IMG/VR virus record: IMGVR_UViG_3300025273_000046
DNA from: a virus
DNA: 64,000 bases
Direction: 5' to 3' (one strand)
In this document: one piece after another, positions 1 to 10,717 of the stretch
Numbering within the stretch: position 1 is the stretch's first letter
How the letters are laid out: the number at the start of each line of letters is the position of its first letter
Program-made: the position numbers and the translations under genes
Notes under the pieces: generated by a model
Databases searched by the model: none
What the model was told of the DNA's origin: nothing
The model's input: the letters and a program-made list of their open reading frames with translations, nothing else

Positions 1-1515
<1,515 letters not shown>

Positions 1516-1656
1516 TCAACGAATTCTACGTGTCTTGAAAGCGAAATTAGGTACGTGGCCACCACAGGTGCTCTTCGCCGTCACAAAATGAGTCAGGCCC
1601 GCCCCTGCCTTTGATCGGGAAGACCCTCCATGCCCGCTGAATGAAGGGAACCGCCA

Positions 1657-2043
1657 ATGCCAGAACTGCGCATCGACCCGTTCCCCTCCGCCGCCGAACT
1701 GAACGCCCTCTGGTCAGCCGTCTGGGGCACCTCTGAAAGCCGCGACTTCACTCCCATCCTGTCCCGCAGCCTCGCCCATATCGGCGCCTACCGCGACGAC
1801 AGGCTCGTCGGCTTCGTCAACGTCGCCTGGGACGGCGGCATCCATGCCTTCATCCTCGACACATCGGTCCATCCCGACATGCAAAGGCAGGGCATCGCGA
1901 CGCGCATGGTTCGGCAAGCGACGAGCCTCGCCCGCGAGCGCGGCGCCGAATGGCTGCATGTCGATTTCGAACCGCACCTGACCGGCTTCTACCGCGCCTG
2001 CGGTTTCAGGTCGACGAAGGCAGGACTGATCAAGCTCGCGTGA
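1657..2043 (+). CDS. GNAT family N-acetyltransferase
   Basis: Acetyl-CoA motif VHPDMQRQGIATRM and C-terminal FYRACGF; 128 aa. Confidence 0.9.
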   Translation: MPELRIDPFPSAAELNALWSAVWGTSESRDFTPILSRSLAHIGAYRDDRLVGFVNVAWDGGIHAFILDTSVHPDMQRQGIATRMVRQATSLARERGAEWLHVDFEPHLTGFYRACGFRSTKAGLIKLA

Positions 2044-2426
2044 GGCCTCCCGCGTGGGAAACCGGAACAAGTCAAAGCCAGCACCAACCTGCGATAGTCA
2101 GGAGGACCGTCGCACGGCGCGACACCACCGAAAAACCCGCTGAAAACACAATTTTCCCGAGAGCATCCCGGCTGAAAATGAAACATAATACTATTATGAA
2201 AACCAAAGTATGGCTTTGAGTTCTCAAATTAAAATTCGTTCTCTCAGTATTTTATCCTTAGTTTTTCATTAAAAAGCAATGAAAAGACACAATTTTGCAT
2301 TGAAAACTTTATCGGGGATTGGCATAGATCCCCAGGGGGTTGTCGTCCGTTGAAGCTGCAAGAACAGTTCTACTGAGGATGTCTCATTTTCATAGAATGC
2401 AACGCATCTTTTTGGAAAGTTTCAAT

Positions 2427-4199
2427 ATGGCCTTGAATATTTTGGACACGAACGGCGCAACGATTACCAAGACAGGCGCCGCATTCGAAGCTTACGACGT
2501 TATCCGGGACTCCGCCGCAAATCCTTCCTCGCCTGTCACTCTGGTTGTCTCGGATTCCGGCATGGCCGACCTGGCCGCCGAGTTGGGTTCGGTCTCCGCG
2601 CAGGTGACTGGCTCGAGCGGCGACAATGTGATCACGACAGGCGCAGGCAACGATACCATCGATGGCGGCGACGGCGCAGACACGCTGAATGGGGGCGCCG
2701 GAAACGATCTGCTTCGTGGCGGCGATGGCAATGACACGCTTAACGGCGGTGATGGCAATGACTGGCTCGCGGGCAGAGATGGCAATGATATTCTGAATGG
2801 CGGTGACGGCAATGACCAGCTTATAGATAACGTCGGAAATGACGTCATCAGAGGCGGCGCGGGCAACGATATGATCTCCGATGGTGACGCCGGCGGCCGT
2901 AACCCTGAGATCTTCGACATCAATGCAGGCGACGGTGACGATGCCATAAGCGTGAACGGTCAGGGCTCCGGAACGATCGACGGCGGCGCCGGGATCGATA
3001 CTCTGCAAGCCCTTGAACTAAGGGGCTTGACGATCAAGAACATCGAAATCCTTGAAACGGCGGGATATTTGGTTTCGGGTTCAAGCGCACAGTTCGAAAG
3101 CTTTGATAAGATCGTCTACTCGAACAACCCCGCCTACAATTATCCCGCTTCATTGGCAGTGACGGACAGCGCCCACCTCGATCTTTCCGACGAACTCGGA
3201 GATCGCGGGGCTTTCATTACCGGCTATGTCTCCGGCGTTGACGTCAAGACCGGCGGTGGTAGCGACGAGTTTACCGGCACCAACGGCAACGACATTTTCG
3301 ACGGCAGCGGCGGCAATGACATCATCAACGGCAAGGCCGGCAATGACAAATTGACCGGAGGTGCCGGCAACGACACTATCAATGGCGGCGACGGCATCGA
3401 TACAGCGATCTTCTCAGGTAATTTCGCCAATTATTCCTTCGCATTGAACAACGGCGATCACATCCTGACGAGCGCCGCGGAGGGGTCGGATACGCTGCAT
3501 GACGTCGAATTCGCGCGCTTTGCCGATGGCGTCTACGATTTCGCCACGGAAAAGTTCACGCGTGACGGCAGCAATAGCGCTCCGACCAATATCCAGCTCT
3601 CCAAGACCGCCCTCTCCGAGGACACCCCGATCTGGACCACGGTTGGCCTGCTCAGCGCCAAGGACGCCGACGGTGACGTCCTCACCTACAAGCTGCTCGA
3701 CGGGGCGAACGACCATTTCCGGATCAACGGCAACCGCATCGTCACCTCCAAGGCCCTGGACTACGAGACGGCCAAGTCGCACACGATCAAGGTCGCGGTC
3801 TCCGACGGCAAGGTCACGGTCGAAAAGGACATCACGATCAACGTCCTCGACGTCAACGAAGCCCCGGTTAACCAGGCGCCGATCAAGCTTTCCTTCTCGC
3901 GCAGCTCGATCTCCGAGAACGTCGCGATTGGCACTTCGGTCGGCCTTCTCTCGGCGGTCGATCCGGAGGGCGGCACGGTGAAGTGGCGGCTGACGGATGA
4001 TGCCGACGGCGTCTTGAAGCTCGTTGGCAACAAGATCCAGACGAAAGCGGCGATCGACTACGAAAGCACACACAGCCTGACCTTTACCGCCGAAGCCTAC
4101 GACGCGGCTGGAAACGTCACCAGCCACGATTTCACGGTGGCCGTGAAGGACGTCTTCGAGTCGTCGTTTTCGATCTTGTCGCATGAGGCGTTGATTTAG
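2427..4199 (+). CDS. RTX/hemolysin-type Ca-binding repeat protein with two C-terminal cadherin-like domains (secreted adhesin-like)
   Basis: Many GGxGxDxLx nonapeptides (GGDGADTLN, GGAGNDLLR, GGDGNDTLN, GGAGNDTIN) plus two cadherin-like repeats (LSAKDADGDVLTY...LDYE...V.DVNEAP; LSAVDPEGG...IDYE). ATG at 2427 chosen over the upstream TTG. Confidence 0.85.
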   Translation: MALNILDTNGATITKTGAAFEAYDVIRDSAANPSSPVTLVVSDSGMADLAAELGSVSAQVTGSSGDNVITTGAGNDTIDGGDGADTLNGGAGNDLLRGGDGNDTLNGGDGNDWLAGRDGNDILNGGDGNDQLIDNVGNDVIRGGAGNDMISDGDAGGRNPEIFDINAGDGDDAISVNGQGSGTIDGGAGIDTLQALELRGLTIKNIEILETAGYLVSGSSAQFESFDKIVYSNNPAYNYPASLAVTDSAHLDLSDELGDRGAFITGYVSGVDVKTGGGSDEFTGTNGNDIFDGSGGNDIINGKAGNDKLTGGAGNDTINGGDGIDTAIFSGNFANYSFALNNGDHILTSAAEGSDTLHDVEFARFADGVYDFATEKFTRDGSNSAPTNIQLSKTALSEDTPIWTTVGLLSAKDADGDVLTYKLLDGANDHFRINGNRIVTSKALDYETAKSHTIKVAVSDGKVTVEKDITINVLDVNEAPVNQAPIKLSFSRSSISENVAIGTSVGLLSAVDPEGGTVKWRLTDDADGVLKLVGNKIQTKAAIDYESTHSLTFTAEAYDAAGNVTSHDFTVAVKDVFESSFSILSHEALI

Positions 4200-4316
4200 T
4201 TGCGACTGGATTGCAGGCGACGCAGCGATGCGTCGCCGATGGTTTTCAAAATAGAGGGGCTTGCGGCCAGCAAGCCCCTCAGTGTCGATCAGGCGGAACA
4301 GGGCGCCGCGCCCAAT

Positions 4317-4341
4317 CTCTTCTCCCGGCTGGGAAGAAGAG
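4317..4341. repeat. Short REP-like hairpin
   Basis: CTCTTCT-CCCGGCTGGGA-AGAAGAG inverted repeat in intergenic DNA. Confidence 0.4.
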
Positions 4342-4428
4342 CGAGTTCGGGTTGGCCGCCCGGTCCAAATTGCCGCTCCCCTTCGCGCCCGATTCGGCTA
4401 TAATTCCTGCCGATCCGAGGAGAGCCGC

Positions 4429-4896
4429 ATGCGTCTGCCCACATTGATCCTCGCCCTCACCTTCTCGGCGCTCGCAGCTTTGCCGGCGTTAGCGCAGACC
4501 TACAAGACGCCGAAGGCGCTGCTCAAGGCGCTTTACAGCTATGACACCGACAAGAGCGACGCCGAAGCGCCCTCGCCCTATTCCGCCTTCTTCTCCGACC
4601 ATCTGAACGAGCTCCTCCAGGCTGATCTCGACAATACGCCGGAAGGCGATGTCGGCGCGGTCGACTTCGATCCCGTCATATCAGGTCAGGATGGCGCAGC
4701 CAGCGACGTCAGGATCGGCCAACCGATCCTGCTGGATGATAAGGCCAAGGTGGAGGTGCAATTCGAAAACGGCGAAGAGGTGACGCTTTTCTACACCCTG
4801 GTACGCGAACACGGCGGCTGGAAGGTCGACGACATCGCCAACCAGAAGGGGGATAATCCGTGGAGTCTCGGTGCGTTGCTGAGGGAGGCGCAGTAG
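4429..4896 (+). CDS. Secreted protein, DUF3828/YbjP-like
   Basis: Signal peptide MRLPTLILALTFSALAALPALA; motifs DFDPVISGQD and LVREHGGWKVDDI; SD GAGGAG upstream. Confidence 0.7.
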   Translation: MRLPTLILALTFSALAALPALAQTYKTPKALLKALYSYDTDKSDAEAPSPYSAFFSDHLNELLQADLDNTPEGDVGAVDFDPVISGQDGAASDVRIGQPILLDDKAKVEVQFENGEEVTLFYTLVREHGGWKVDDIANQKGDNPWSLGALLREAQ

Positions 4897-4941
4897 GCGG
4901 GCAGGATAAAGCCAACGAGGCGCACGCCGGCAATCCCACCC

Positions 4942-5084
4942 TCTCCTTCATTCCTGTGCTCGTCACAGGAATCCAGCCACGGCGCGTCGGCGCCGTGAAT
5001 GACTCTCATGCGATGAAGTCGTTCGCCCGCGCCCAAGGACGTGGGCGCACTGGATTCATGTGACGAGCACAGGAATGAAGGAGA
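4942..5084. repeat. RIME/MITE-like element with 35-bp terminal inverted repeats
   Basis: 4942-4976 TCTCCTTCATTCCTGTGCTCGTCACAGGAATCCAG and 5050-5084 are reverse complements with one mismatch. Confidence 0.85.
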
Positions 5085-5685
5085 CGAGGGAGGTCGACGG
5101 CACCAACGGCAGTGGAAGGCGGCAGACGCCAAAGAGAGCCCTCATGGTGAAGGTGAGTTGGGACCGCCGGCTCCACCAAATTCGGCTCCACCGCCACCAG
5201 CATCAGGCCACCATATCACCTTCGCATCCGCCAGATCCTGTTCGCCGCCATGCCTAGCCGCCCAGAACGATTTGCTGACAAAATCCATGCCCGGCTATCG
5301 AATCCGCCGCTCATCCCGTTTCGGCACAGAATCCCGATATGGCACAGCCGTGCAAGGATCCGTTAACCCACGGTCAAGTATCTGAATCTTCGGCATTTCC
5401 CGTCACGATAAGGGACATGCCACAATAATCCCGCTTGCTTTTTGCCCGAAAAGCTGGCACCAATTCACCTACTCGGGCATTTGCATGCCGGTGACTGGAC
5501 TGATGTGGTAATCCCTTCCGTTATGGAAGGCGGCGCGGGACTACCCGCCTACGTAGACGTTCTTTCCCCGTACGTGACTTCTCCGACTGACCCTTCGTCC
5601 CAATCGATCGGGGCGAAAGCTAAAGCCGTCCGCTTCCTCTCGGGGGCGCGGATACTACACAGACTAAGGGAAAAGGACGATCCCA

Positions 5686-5898
5686 ATGGCCACCAAGGGC
5701 ACCGTAAAATTCTTCAACCAGGACAAGGGTTTTGGTTTCATCACGCCGGACGGCGGCGCTAAGGACGTTTTCGTCCATATCTCTGCGCTGCAGGCTTCTG
5801 GCATTCAGTCGCTGCGCGAAGGCCAGCAGGTTACCTTCGACACCGAGCCGGACCGCATGGGCAAGGGCCCGAAGGCTGTCAACATCTCGGCTTCGTAA
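5686..5898 (+). CDS. cspA: Cold-shock protein (CspA family)
   Basis: [22 protein letters not shown]...DVFVHISAL (RNP1/RNP2 motifs), 70 aa, preceded by a long non-coding leader. The exact paralog cannot be determined. Confidence 0.95.
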   Translation: MATKGTVKFFNQDKGFGFITPDGGAKDVFVHISALQASGIQSLREGQQVTFDTEPDRMGKGPKAVNISAS

Positions 5899-5923
5899 GT
5901 CAGACTTCCGCTCACGCGGGATG

Positions 5924-5956
5924 AACGGCGCTCCGCAGGGGGCGCCGTTTTTGTTT
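5924..5956 (+). terminator. Intrinsic terminator of the csp gene
   Basis: AACGGCGCTCC-GCA-GGGGGCGCCGTT followed by TTTGTTT. Confidence 0.8.
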
Positions 5957-6037
5957 GCAGCGCGGCCGCCGTTTGTCGATCGCATCGGCAAGTGTTATAT
6001 GCGCGCTTATGGATGATCCCGCCCCTGCGGCGGTGCG

Positions 6038-6175
6038 ATGCCGCATTGCGGCACCCAGAGAACAACGAACAATGGAACGTCGATGACGCAGAAGAGGCCC
6101 ATTTTTGCGGTCGCCCCGATGATCGACTGGACGGATCGGCCAATTTTAACGAACAAAATCAAATATTATGCGTGA
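6038..6175 (+). pseudogene. dusA: 5' fragment of tRNA-dihydrouridine synthase A left at attL
   Basis: The frame of ATG 6038/6083 reads ...MTQKRPIFAVAPMIDWTDR, the conserved DusA N-terminal motif. It then diverges into AT-rich sequence (PILTNKIKYYA*) instead of continuing ...HCR. Confidence 0.88.
6107..6140 (+). other. Putative attL core (dusA-type attachment site)
   Basis: dusA similarity ends at ...TGGACGGATCGGC (6140) and composition shifts to AT-rich. Integration in this dusA motif is established for Dus-associated tyrosine integrases. The exact core cannot be fixed without attR. Confidence 0.7.
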
Positions 6176-6322
6176 TTGCGTAGCACTTTCGTAGCGCTGT
6201 TTGGAGCAACCAGCGCTGCCGCCGCATGCGAGAAACTACCTGTGGATATGTTCGAGTAATCATCCACTACTAGAACAAATAAGCCATAGTCCGTGCCACC
6301 ACGATCATCAGGGGTACTTCTA

Positions 6323-7039
6323 ATGGCAGATGAGATCATTCCCCTCCCACCTATGAACATGAGTATCGCCGCTCACGTAGAGCGAGAGTGGGGGCAAATA
6401 CTCGCGAGCTGGAAGAAGGGCTGGGCATCTGAAACTCGGCTTTCAGATCTCGAGCATTATATCGAGGTCTACCGAGAGAAAATCTTTGAGAAACGAGAGT
6501 TTGCACCTGACCATAATTGGCAGGCCGATTGGCTGCGGGCGAAAGCCATCCATGATGCGAATGTCGATTTCGTTAGGAACCGGCGAGCTCATGTCGATGA
6601 CGTCAAGAAAATGTGGAGTGATTGGTGCGCGAACACCGAGAAAGGCATGCTGTCGCTTTCAATTGAGGTGCTGAAAAGCATGGTTCTTTTGAACGGAGCA
6701 GCAATTCTGGCAAGTTTGGCGGTACTGTCGGGCCAGATCTCGTCTCCCACGCATGGGGCGACGATTGCAGCAAAGTGCACGATATTGTTCAGCGTGCTCA
6801 GCCTTGTAATGCTGGCTACCGGTCACGGCATAATGTTTTTAAGGGCCGTCGAGGTGCAAGCCACGGTAAGGGGAGCGCTGTTGGGAAACACAAACCATTC
6901 GAAGCTATATGCGATTGGGCGCTACCTGGGACGGCACCTGAACCCGGTCATCGACATTGGGAACGCACTTATCTTTGGCTCGGTAGGCGTATTCGCTTTC
7001 GGCTCTTTCATGGCCGCCATCGTGCTCATAGCCGCTTGA
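6323..7039 (+). CDS. Hypothetical membrane protein (attL-proximal moron)
   Basis: Soluble N-terminal half followed by about three hydrophobic helices (MVLLNGAAILASLAVL, ILFSVLSLVMLA, LIFGSVGVFAFGSFMAAIVLI); visibly lower GC; opposite strand to the late genes. Confidence 0.7.
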   Translation: MADEIIPLPPMNMSIAAHVEREWGQILASWKKGWASETRLSDLEHYIEVYREKIFEKREFAPDHNWQADWLRAKAIHDANVDFVRNRRAHVDDVKKMWSDWCANTEKGMLSLSIEVLKSMVLLNGAAILASLAVLSGQISSPTHGATIAAKCTILFSVLSLVMLATGHGIMFLRAVEVQATVRGALLGNTNHSKLYAIGRYLGRHLNPVIDIGNALIFGSVGVFAFGSFMAAIVLIAA

Positions 7040-7198
7040 GCGGATCCTGCATGCCTGAGCTGCAGCACTAGACCCCCACGTCCCGAACGGAGGATGCTTC
7101 GGGAAAGCCCAATGAATCCGGGACAGGCGATTTCCATATGTTCCCGCCTGTTCCTATTCTGTCCAATGAAACGGTCCGCAAACGGTCCGCCGGTCCGC

Positions 7199-8247
7199 CT
7201 ATCCCAGCTGATAAACCGCCGCATTGTCCTGCACCTGGCGAAGCCCCTTGAAGGACGAATGGCGTAGCTTGCGGTCGTCGGTCCAGGCTCGATATTCGAT
7301 CTCGGCGATCAGCGTCGGCCGCAACCAGACGACATCATTCCGTCGACCAGCATACTGGATCGGCGGCGTCTTTCGCTTGATCCTGTCCATCATTCCACGC
7401 AGCTTCCAGGCGACGCTGTCCTTGAAGCCCGTCCCGACCGAGCCGACATAGACCAGGTCGTCACCCCTACGAGCGGCGAGCAGCAGTGCGCCAATATGGC
7501 CGCGCGCCGCCATCGATATCTCGTAGCCGACGATGAAGAAACTGTCGCTTTGGATGCATTTGATTTTCAGCCAGTCGCCAATCCGGCCGGATCGATAAGG
7601 CGCATCTCTGCGCTTGGCGATGAGGCCTTCGAGGCCGTGAGCGCAGGCGCTTGCCAGCAGCTGGTCGCCGTCGGCTTCGATCTCTTCCGACAAACGGACG
7701 GCGCCGGCAGCATCGTCGAGGAGATCCTCGAGGATGTGCCGGCGCTCGCTCAGGTCCATGCGCGTCAGATCATGTCCATCGAAATAGAGAAGGTCAAAGG
7801 CCATCAGGATGGATTCGTGGGAGGTCTTCTTGCCGCCGCGACCGCCGAGGCTTTGCTGCAACAGCCCGAAGTCCGACCGGCCCAGTTCGTCGAGAACGAC
7901 CGCCTCGCCGTCGAGGATCGCCGTGGCGACGGGAAGGCTTTTGGCTGCCTGCTCGATCTCCGGAAAGCGATGCGTCCAGTCATGGCCGCCGCGCGTCAGG
8001 ATGCGCACGCCGGCGGGCTCGATGTGCACCGCCAGCCGGTACCGTCCCATTTGATTTCATAGACCCAGCCGTCGCCCTTCGGCGGCCTCGCTTTGAGCAG
8101 CGCAAGGCACGGCTCGATGCGCGCAGGCATAGGGTCAAGGGGAAGGCTTGGTTGGGAGGGGTCGCGCCGGCGGCGAGGCGCGCTGCGGATAGGAGTATCT
8201 GTTTCACGCAGCAGCGGTTTCGAAGACTTGCGGGGCGGCTTTGTCAT
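7199..8247 (-). pseudogene. ATP-dependent DNA ligase (LigD ligase domain only), frameshifted in motif I
   Basis: ORF 7996-8247 ends ...WVYEIKWDG and ORF 7199-8050 resumes YRLAVH...TRGG, with ILDGEAVV, EGLIAKR and WLKIK. The sequence GAC GG TAC CGG lacks one base. Confidence 0.88.
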
Positions 8248-8292
8248 GCCGGCAGTTCAGCAGCAACATCTTAAATTGACCAAGATGGGTTA

Positions 8293-8326
8293 TTGACTCG
8301 GCCCACGACAAGAACATATTAGCAAC
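8293..8326 (+). promoter_or_regulatory. Putative SOS promoter: TTGACT -35 and alphaproteobacterial LexA-like box
   Basis: TTGACT at 8293-8298. GAAC-ATATTAG-CAAC at 8312-8326 (one mismatch to GAAC-N7-GAAC) overlaps the -10 region. Confidence 0.55.
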
Positions 8327-8390
8327 TCGCTTCGGGCGGAGCGACATAACCATCGACATGCGGCGGTCGAAATCTCTAACGAGGATCCGC

Positions 8391-8693
8391 ATGATTTACC
8401 GAAGGCCCAATTTCCAAGGCGACTATTTTGTCCATGCCATCGACATCGTCGACAAGGCGGGAAAGCTCGTCGACCACATCGGCGGAATTAACAACGTGGT
8501 GGTGGCGAATGTCGCGTTCGAGGAGCTGCGGCATTACCATTCGAAGAACGACGTTCTCATTCTTCGGGACGGCGCCAGGGTGATGCGGAGATCAAGGGGG
8601 TTCGATCGCGATCGCGAACGACTGATGGAGAGCAGCTCGAGGAGATCCGACACATGGGCGAAGGATGACGACGAGGGGCTTTGGCCGGTATAG
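8391..8693 (+). CDS. Hypothetical protein
   Basis: SD GAGG before the ATG; LILRDGARVM motif typical of small rhizobial prophage proteins. Confidence 0.7.
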   Translation: MIYRRPNFQGDYFVHAIDIVDKAGKLVDHIGGINNVVVANVAFEELRHYHSKNDVLILRDGARVMRRSRGFDRDRERLMESSSRRSDTWAKDDDEGLWPV

Positions 8694-8695
8694 TT

Positions 8696-8941
8696 ATGGC
8701 GCGCAGGCAACCAGCTCTTGAACGACCCGGGCCGACCACGACGCTGGACGATATCCCCAGCTGGTATGCGCTGATTGCGGCGTGCCCCGATTGCCCCAGG
8801 GGCATCGTCATGGACCGCCGGCCACTGATCAGGCGATACGGCAAGGACGCGCGACTGCACGACCTGGAAAGGCAATTGAAGTGCACGGAATGCAAACGCC
8901 GCGGGCGCTGCAAGTTCGCGGCCCAGAAGATCCCAAGATGA
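8696..8941 (+). CDS. Small Zn-ribbon protein
   Basis: CPDC...CTEC pairs; coupled to neighbouring ORFs. Confidence 0.7.
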   Translation: MARRQPALERPGPTTTLDDIPSWYALIAACPDCPRGIVMDRRPLIRRYGKDARLHDLERQLKCTECKRRGRCKFAAQKIPR

Positions 8942-9135
8942 TTGACGACGCCACGCCGCACCTCAACCGATGCCACGGTGTCGAGCCAGACGCCGCCTAT
9001 GGTCCGACCTCGGTCATATCCTGCCCGAAATGCAAGAAGAAAGTCACCGTGAAGACGGCGCCGTTTTTTCGCGAAGGCGTCAGCCAATGCGAACATCAGG
9101 CCTGGCGGGCCACCTCGGCGTGGAATGCCGCATAG
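8938..9135 (+). CDS. Small Cys-rich hypothetical protein
   Basis: ATGA overlap with the upstream stop; CPKC motif. Confidence 0.55.
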   Translation: MIDDATPHLNRCHGVEPDAAYGPTSVISCPKCKKKVTVKTAPFFREGVSQCEHQAWRATSAWNAA

Positions 9136-9136
9136 G

Positions 9137-9697
9137 TCAGTTGGCGATCGGGCTGGTTGAGACAACGAATTCCAAACGCGGCAACCATGACGTTTTGCCG
9201 GAACGGCCGACCTCGTCGAGTTGATCCGAGAACAGATAGAGCGTCAGCGCCGCGATCGCGCCGGAGAGAATGAAGGCGACGATCGCGCGCCGAATGTTTT
9301 CCCGCGGCACCTGCCCTCCCTCGGTACCGCGTGCCAGGATCATCAGGAACACGGAAAACGCCCCCATGATCATGATGACGCCGGTCACCGGCGAATAGAC
9401 GAGATAGTCCGGCCGGCCGGTCCACCGCAGGATATTGCCCCAGACCCGCTGCACCGAGATGAAAAACAGGATGGAGAAGATGCTGAAAGCGAAGAAGTCG
9501 GCATAATCCTGCCCGTCGCGCAGCGATCGCGCCGCCGGCTTGAACCATTGCGGCAGGGCGACCAGACAGGAACCCATGACCAGCGCCGAGGCGATCTCCT
9601 GAAATTCGTACCAGGAGAAGAGCGAAGCGGAGAGCCAGGTCAACAGTGTCACGGCGAGGAAGAGATAGGCGATCAGGCTCCGGCGCAGTCGCTTCAT
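9137..9697 (-). CDS. Multi-pass membrane protein
   Basis: About five hydrophobic segments; start overlaps the upstream stop. Confidence 0.75.
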   Translation of the reverse strand: MKRLRRSLIAYLFLAVTLLTWLSASLFSWYEFQEIASALVMGSCLVALPQWFKPAARSLRDGQDYADFFAFSIFSILFFISVQRVWGNILRWTGRPDYLVYSPVTGVIMIMGAFSVFLMILARGTEGGQVPRENIRRAIVAFILSGAIAALTLYLFSDQLDEVGRSGKTSWLPRLEFVVSTSPIAN

Positions 9698-9891
9698 TTG
9701 GCATGCCTTTCATCGAGCTTTTCAAGGGTGTCCAGGGCGATGCGCCGCGCCCAGTCCATTTTCACGGCATGGTCCGCCAAGACTTCGGTCAGCCTGCCTT
9801 CCGCCTCGATCAGCTGCTGGCGCTTGTCTTCCGAAAGCAGCGGGCGCACCCTCTGATCGCTGCGGCGCCTGAAGAACGGGAGCAGCCTCAT
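9694..9891 (-). CDS. Small coiled-coil hypothetical protein
   Basis: ATGA-coupled on both sides. Confidence 0.65.
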   Translation of the reverse strand: MRLLPFFRRRSDQRVRPLLSEDKRQQLIEAEGRLTEVLADHAVKMDWARRIALDTLEKLDERHAK

Positions 9892-10184
9892 GCCCTCTCC
9901 TTTGCCTGCAAGACGTTTGCCTGTACGGCAAATTGCAGCTTCTGCGTTGCCGTGAGATCGGTGATCACGTCGATCACCTTCTGATATTCAGCCAGGCGCT
10001 TTTCCGTCAGCGCCTCAAATTCTTTCCGCATTTGGGCGACATCGCTGTCATACCGCTTCCGGTCTTTTCCCCGCCCATATTGGGAAAGAAGAAACAGGGC
10101 GAGGAAAAGCACTGTCGTGAAGCCGAGCACGCCTTGCGTGAAGGCGTACTCGGTAAAAAGTTTTATGATACCGACTTCTTCCAC
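9888..10184 (-). CDS. Single-TM coiled-coil protein (holin/XhlA-like by architecture)
   Basis: GTG start with upstream GAGG; one TM (GVLGFTTVLFLALFLL) followed by a charged helix. Confidence 0.6.
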   Translation of the reverse strand: MEEVGIIKLFTEYAFTQGVLGFTTVLFLALFLLSQYGRGKDRKRYDSDVAQMRKEFEALTEKRLAEYQKVIDVITDLTATQKLQFAVQANVLQAKERA

Positions 10185-10200
10185 CCTCAGTCGCCCTGCT

Positions 10201-10440
10201 TCAGTAGATGACATTCTCTTCTCGTTGGCCGCCAACGCCGGCACGCAATACCGTGTGGCCGATCACTGTCCGCGATCCGTCTTCCCGCAGTTGCAGGATG
10301 TCGGGGCCACTAAAGTCGATGCACGGAACGGTCTTGCGAACCACCCTGTCTTCGACGTAGCTGGCTTGGGAAATTGTTCGCGTCGACAATCGATCGCTCT
10401 CAGTCACGGGCGTCCAATTGCCTTCATTGTCGTCATCCAC
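10201..10440 (-). CDS. Hypothetical protein
   Basis: GTG start 3 nt after the stop of the upstream ORF; fits the operon. Confidence 0.5.
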   Translation of the reverse strand: MDDDNEGNWTPVTESDRLSTRTISQASYVEDRVVRKTVPCIDFSGPDILQLREDGSRTVIGHTVLRAGVGGQREENVIY

Positions 10441-10443
10441 CTC

Positions 10444-10710
10444 TCAGATTTCCGTGTAAGGCCTTGGCGGAATCTTGCCGCCGTTCGCTTGGTATAGCCG
10501 CTCCCCCTCAGGGAGTGGCCATGCGTAGCGGATACTCGTCCCCACCTCGATCAGGTTTCGGCGCTCAGCACGTTCTATCGCCCGCTCAGCCACCTTGAGC
10601 GGCTGGCCTGTCATTCGCGCTAAGACCTCAATATTATTGCCATTCGCGCCATTCTGGCGCTCCTTGATCGCATTGATCACATCGAAGTCGGAGATATCTT
10701 TTCTCGCCAT
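10444..10710 (-). CDS. Small winged-helix-like protein directly downstream of the tRNA-mimic RNA
   Basis: 88 aa; pattern IEVLARMTGQPLKVAERAIERAERRNLIEVG...WPLPEGERL resembles a wHTH fold (inference). Confidence 0.7.
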   Translation of the reverse strand: MARKDISDFDVINAIKERQNGANGNNIEVLARMTGQPLKVAERAIERAERRNLIEVGTSIRYAWPLPEGERLYQANGGKIPPRPYTEI

Positions 10711-10717
10711 GTGTCGC

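Noticed and set aside
5041-5762. Several short ORFs between the repeat element and cspA
   Set aside because: They overlap the repeat and the csp leader, lack SD sequences and have no motifs.
5992-6183. 63-aa ORF in the track
   Set aside because: Wrong frame; the meaningful frame is the DusA N-terminus.
7140-7164. Possible LexA box
   Set aside because: GTTC-N6-GTTC has the wrong spacing and GTTC-N7-GTCC is mismatched, with no obvious downstream gene.
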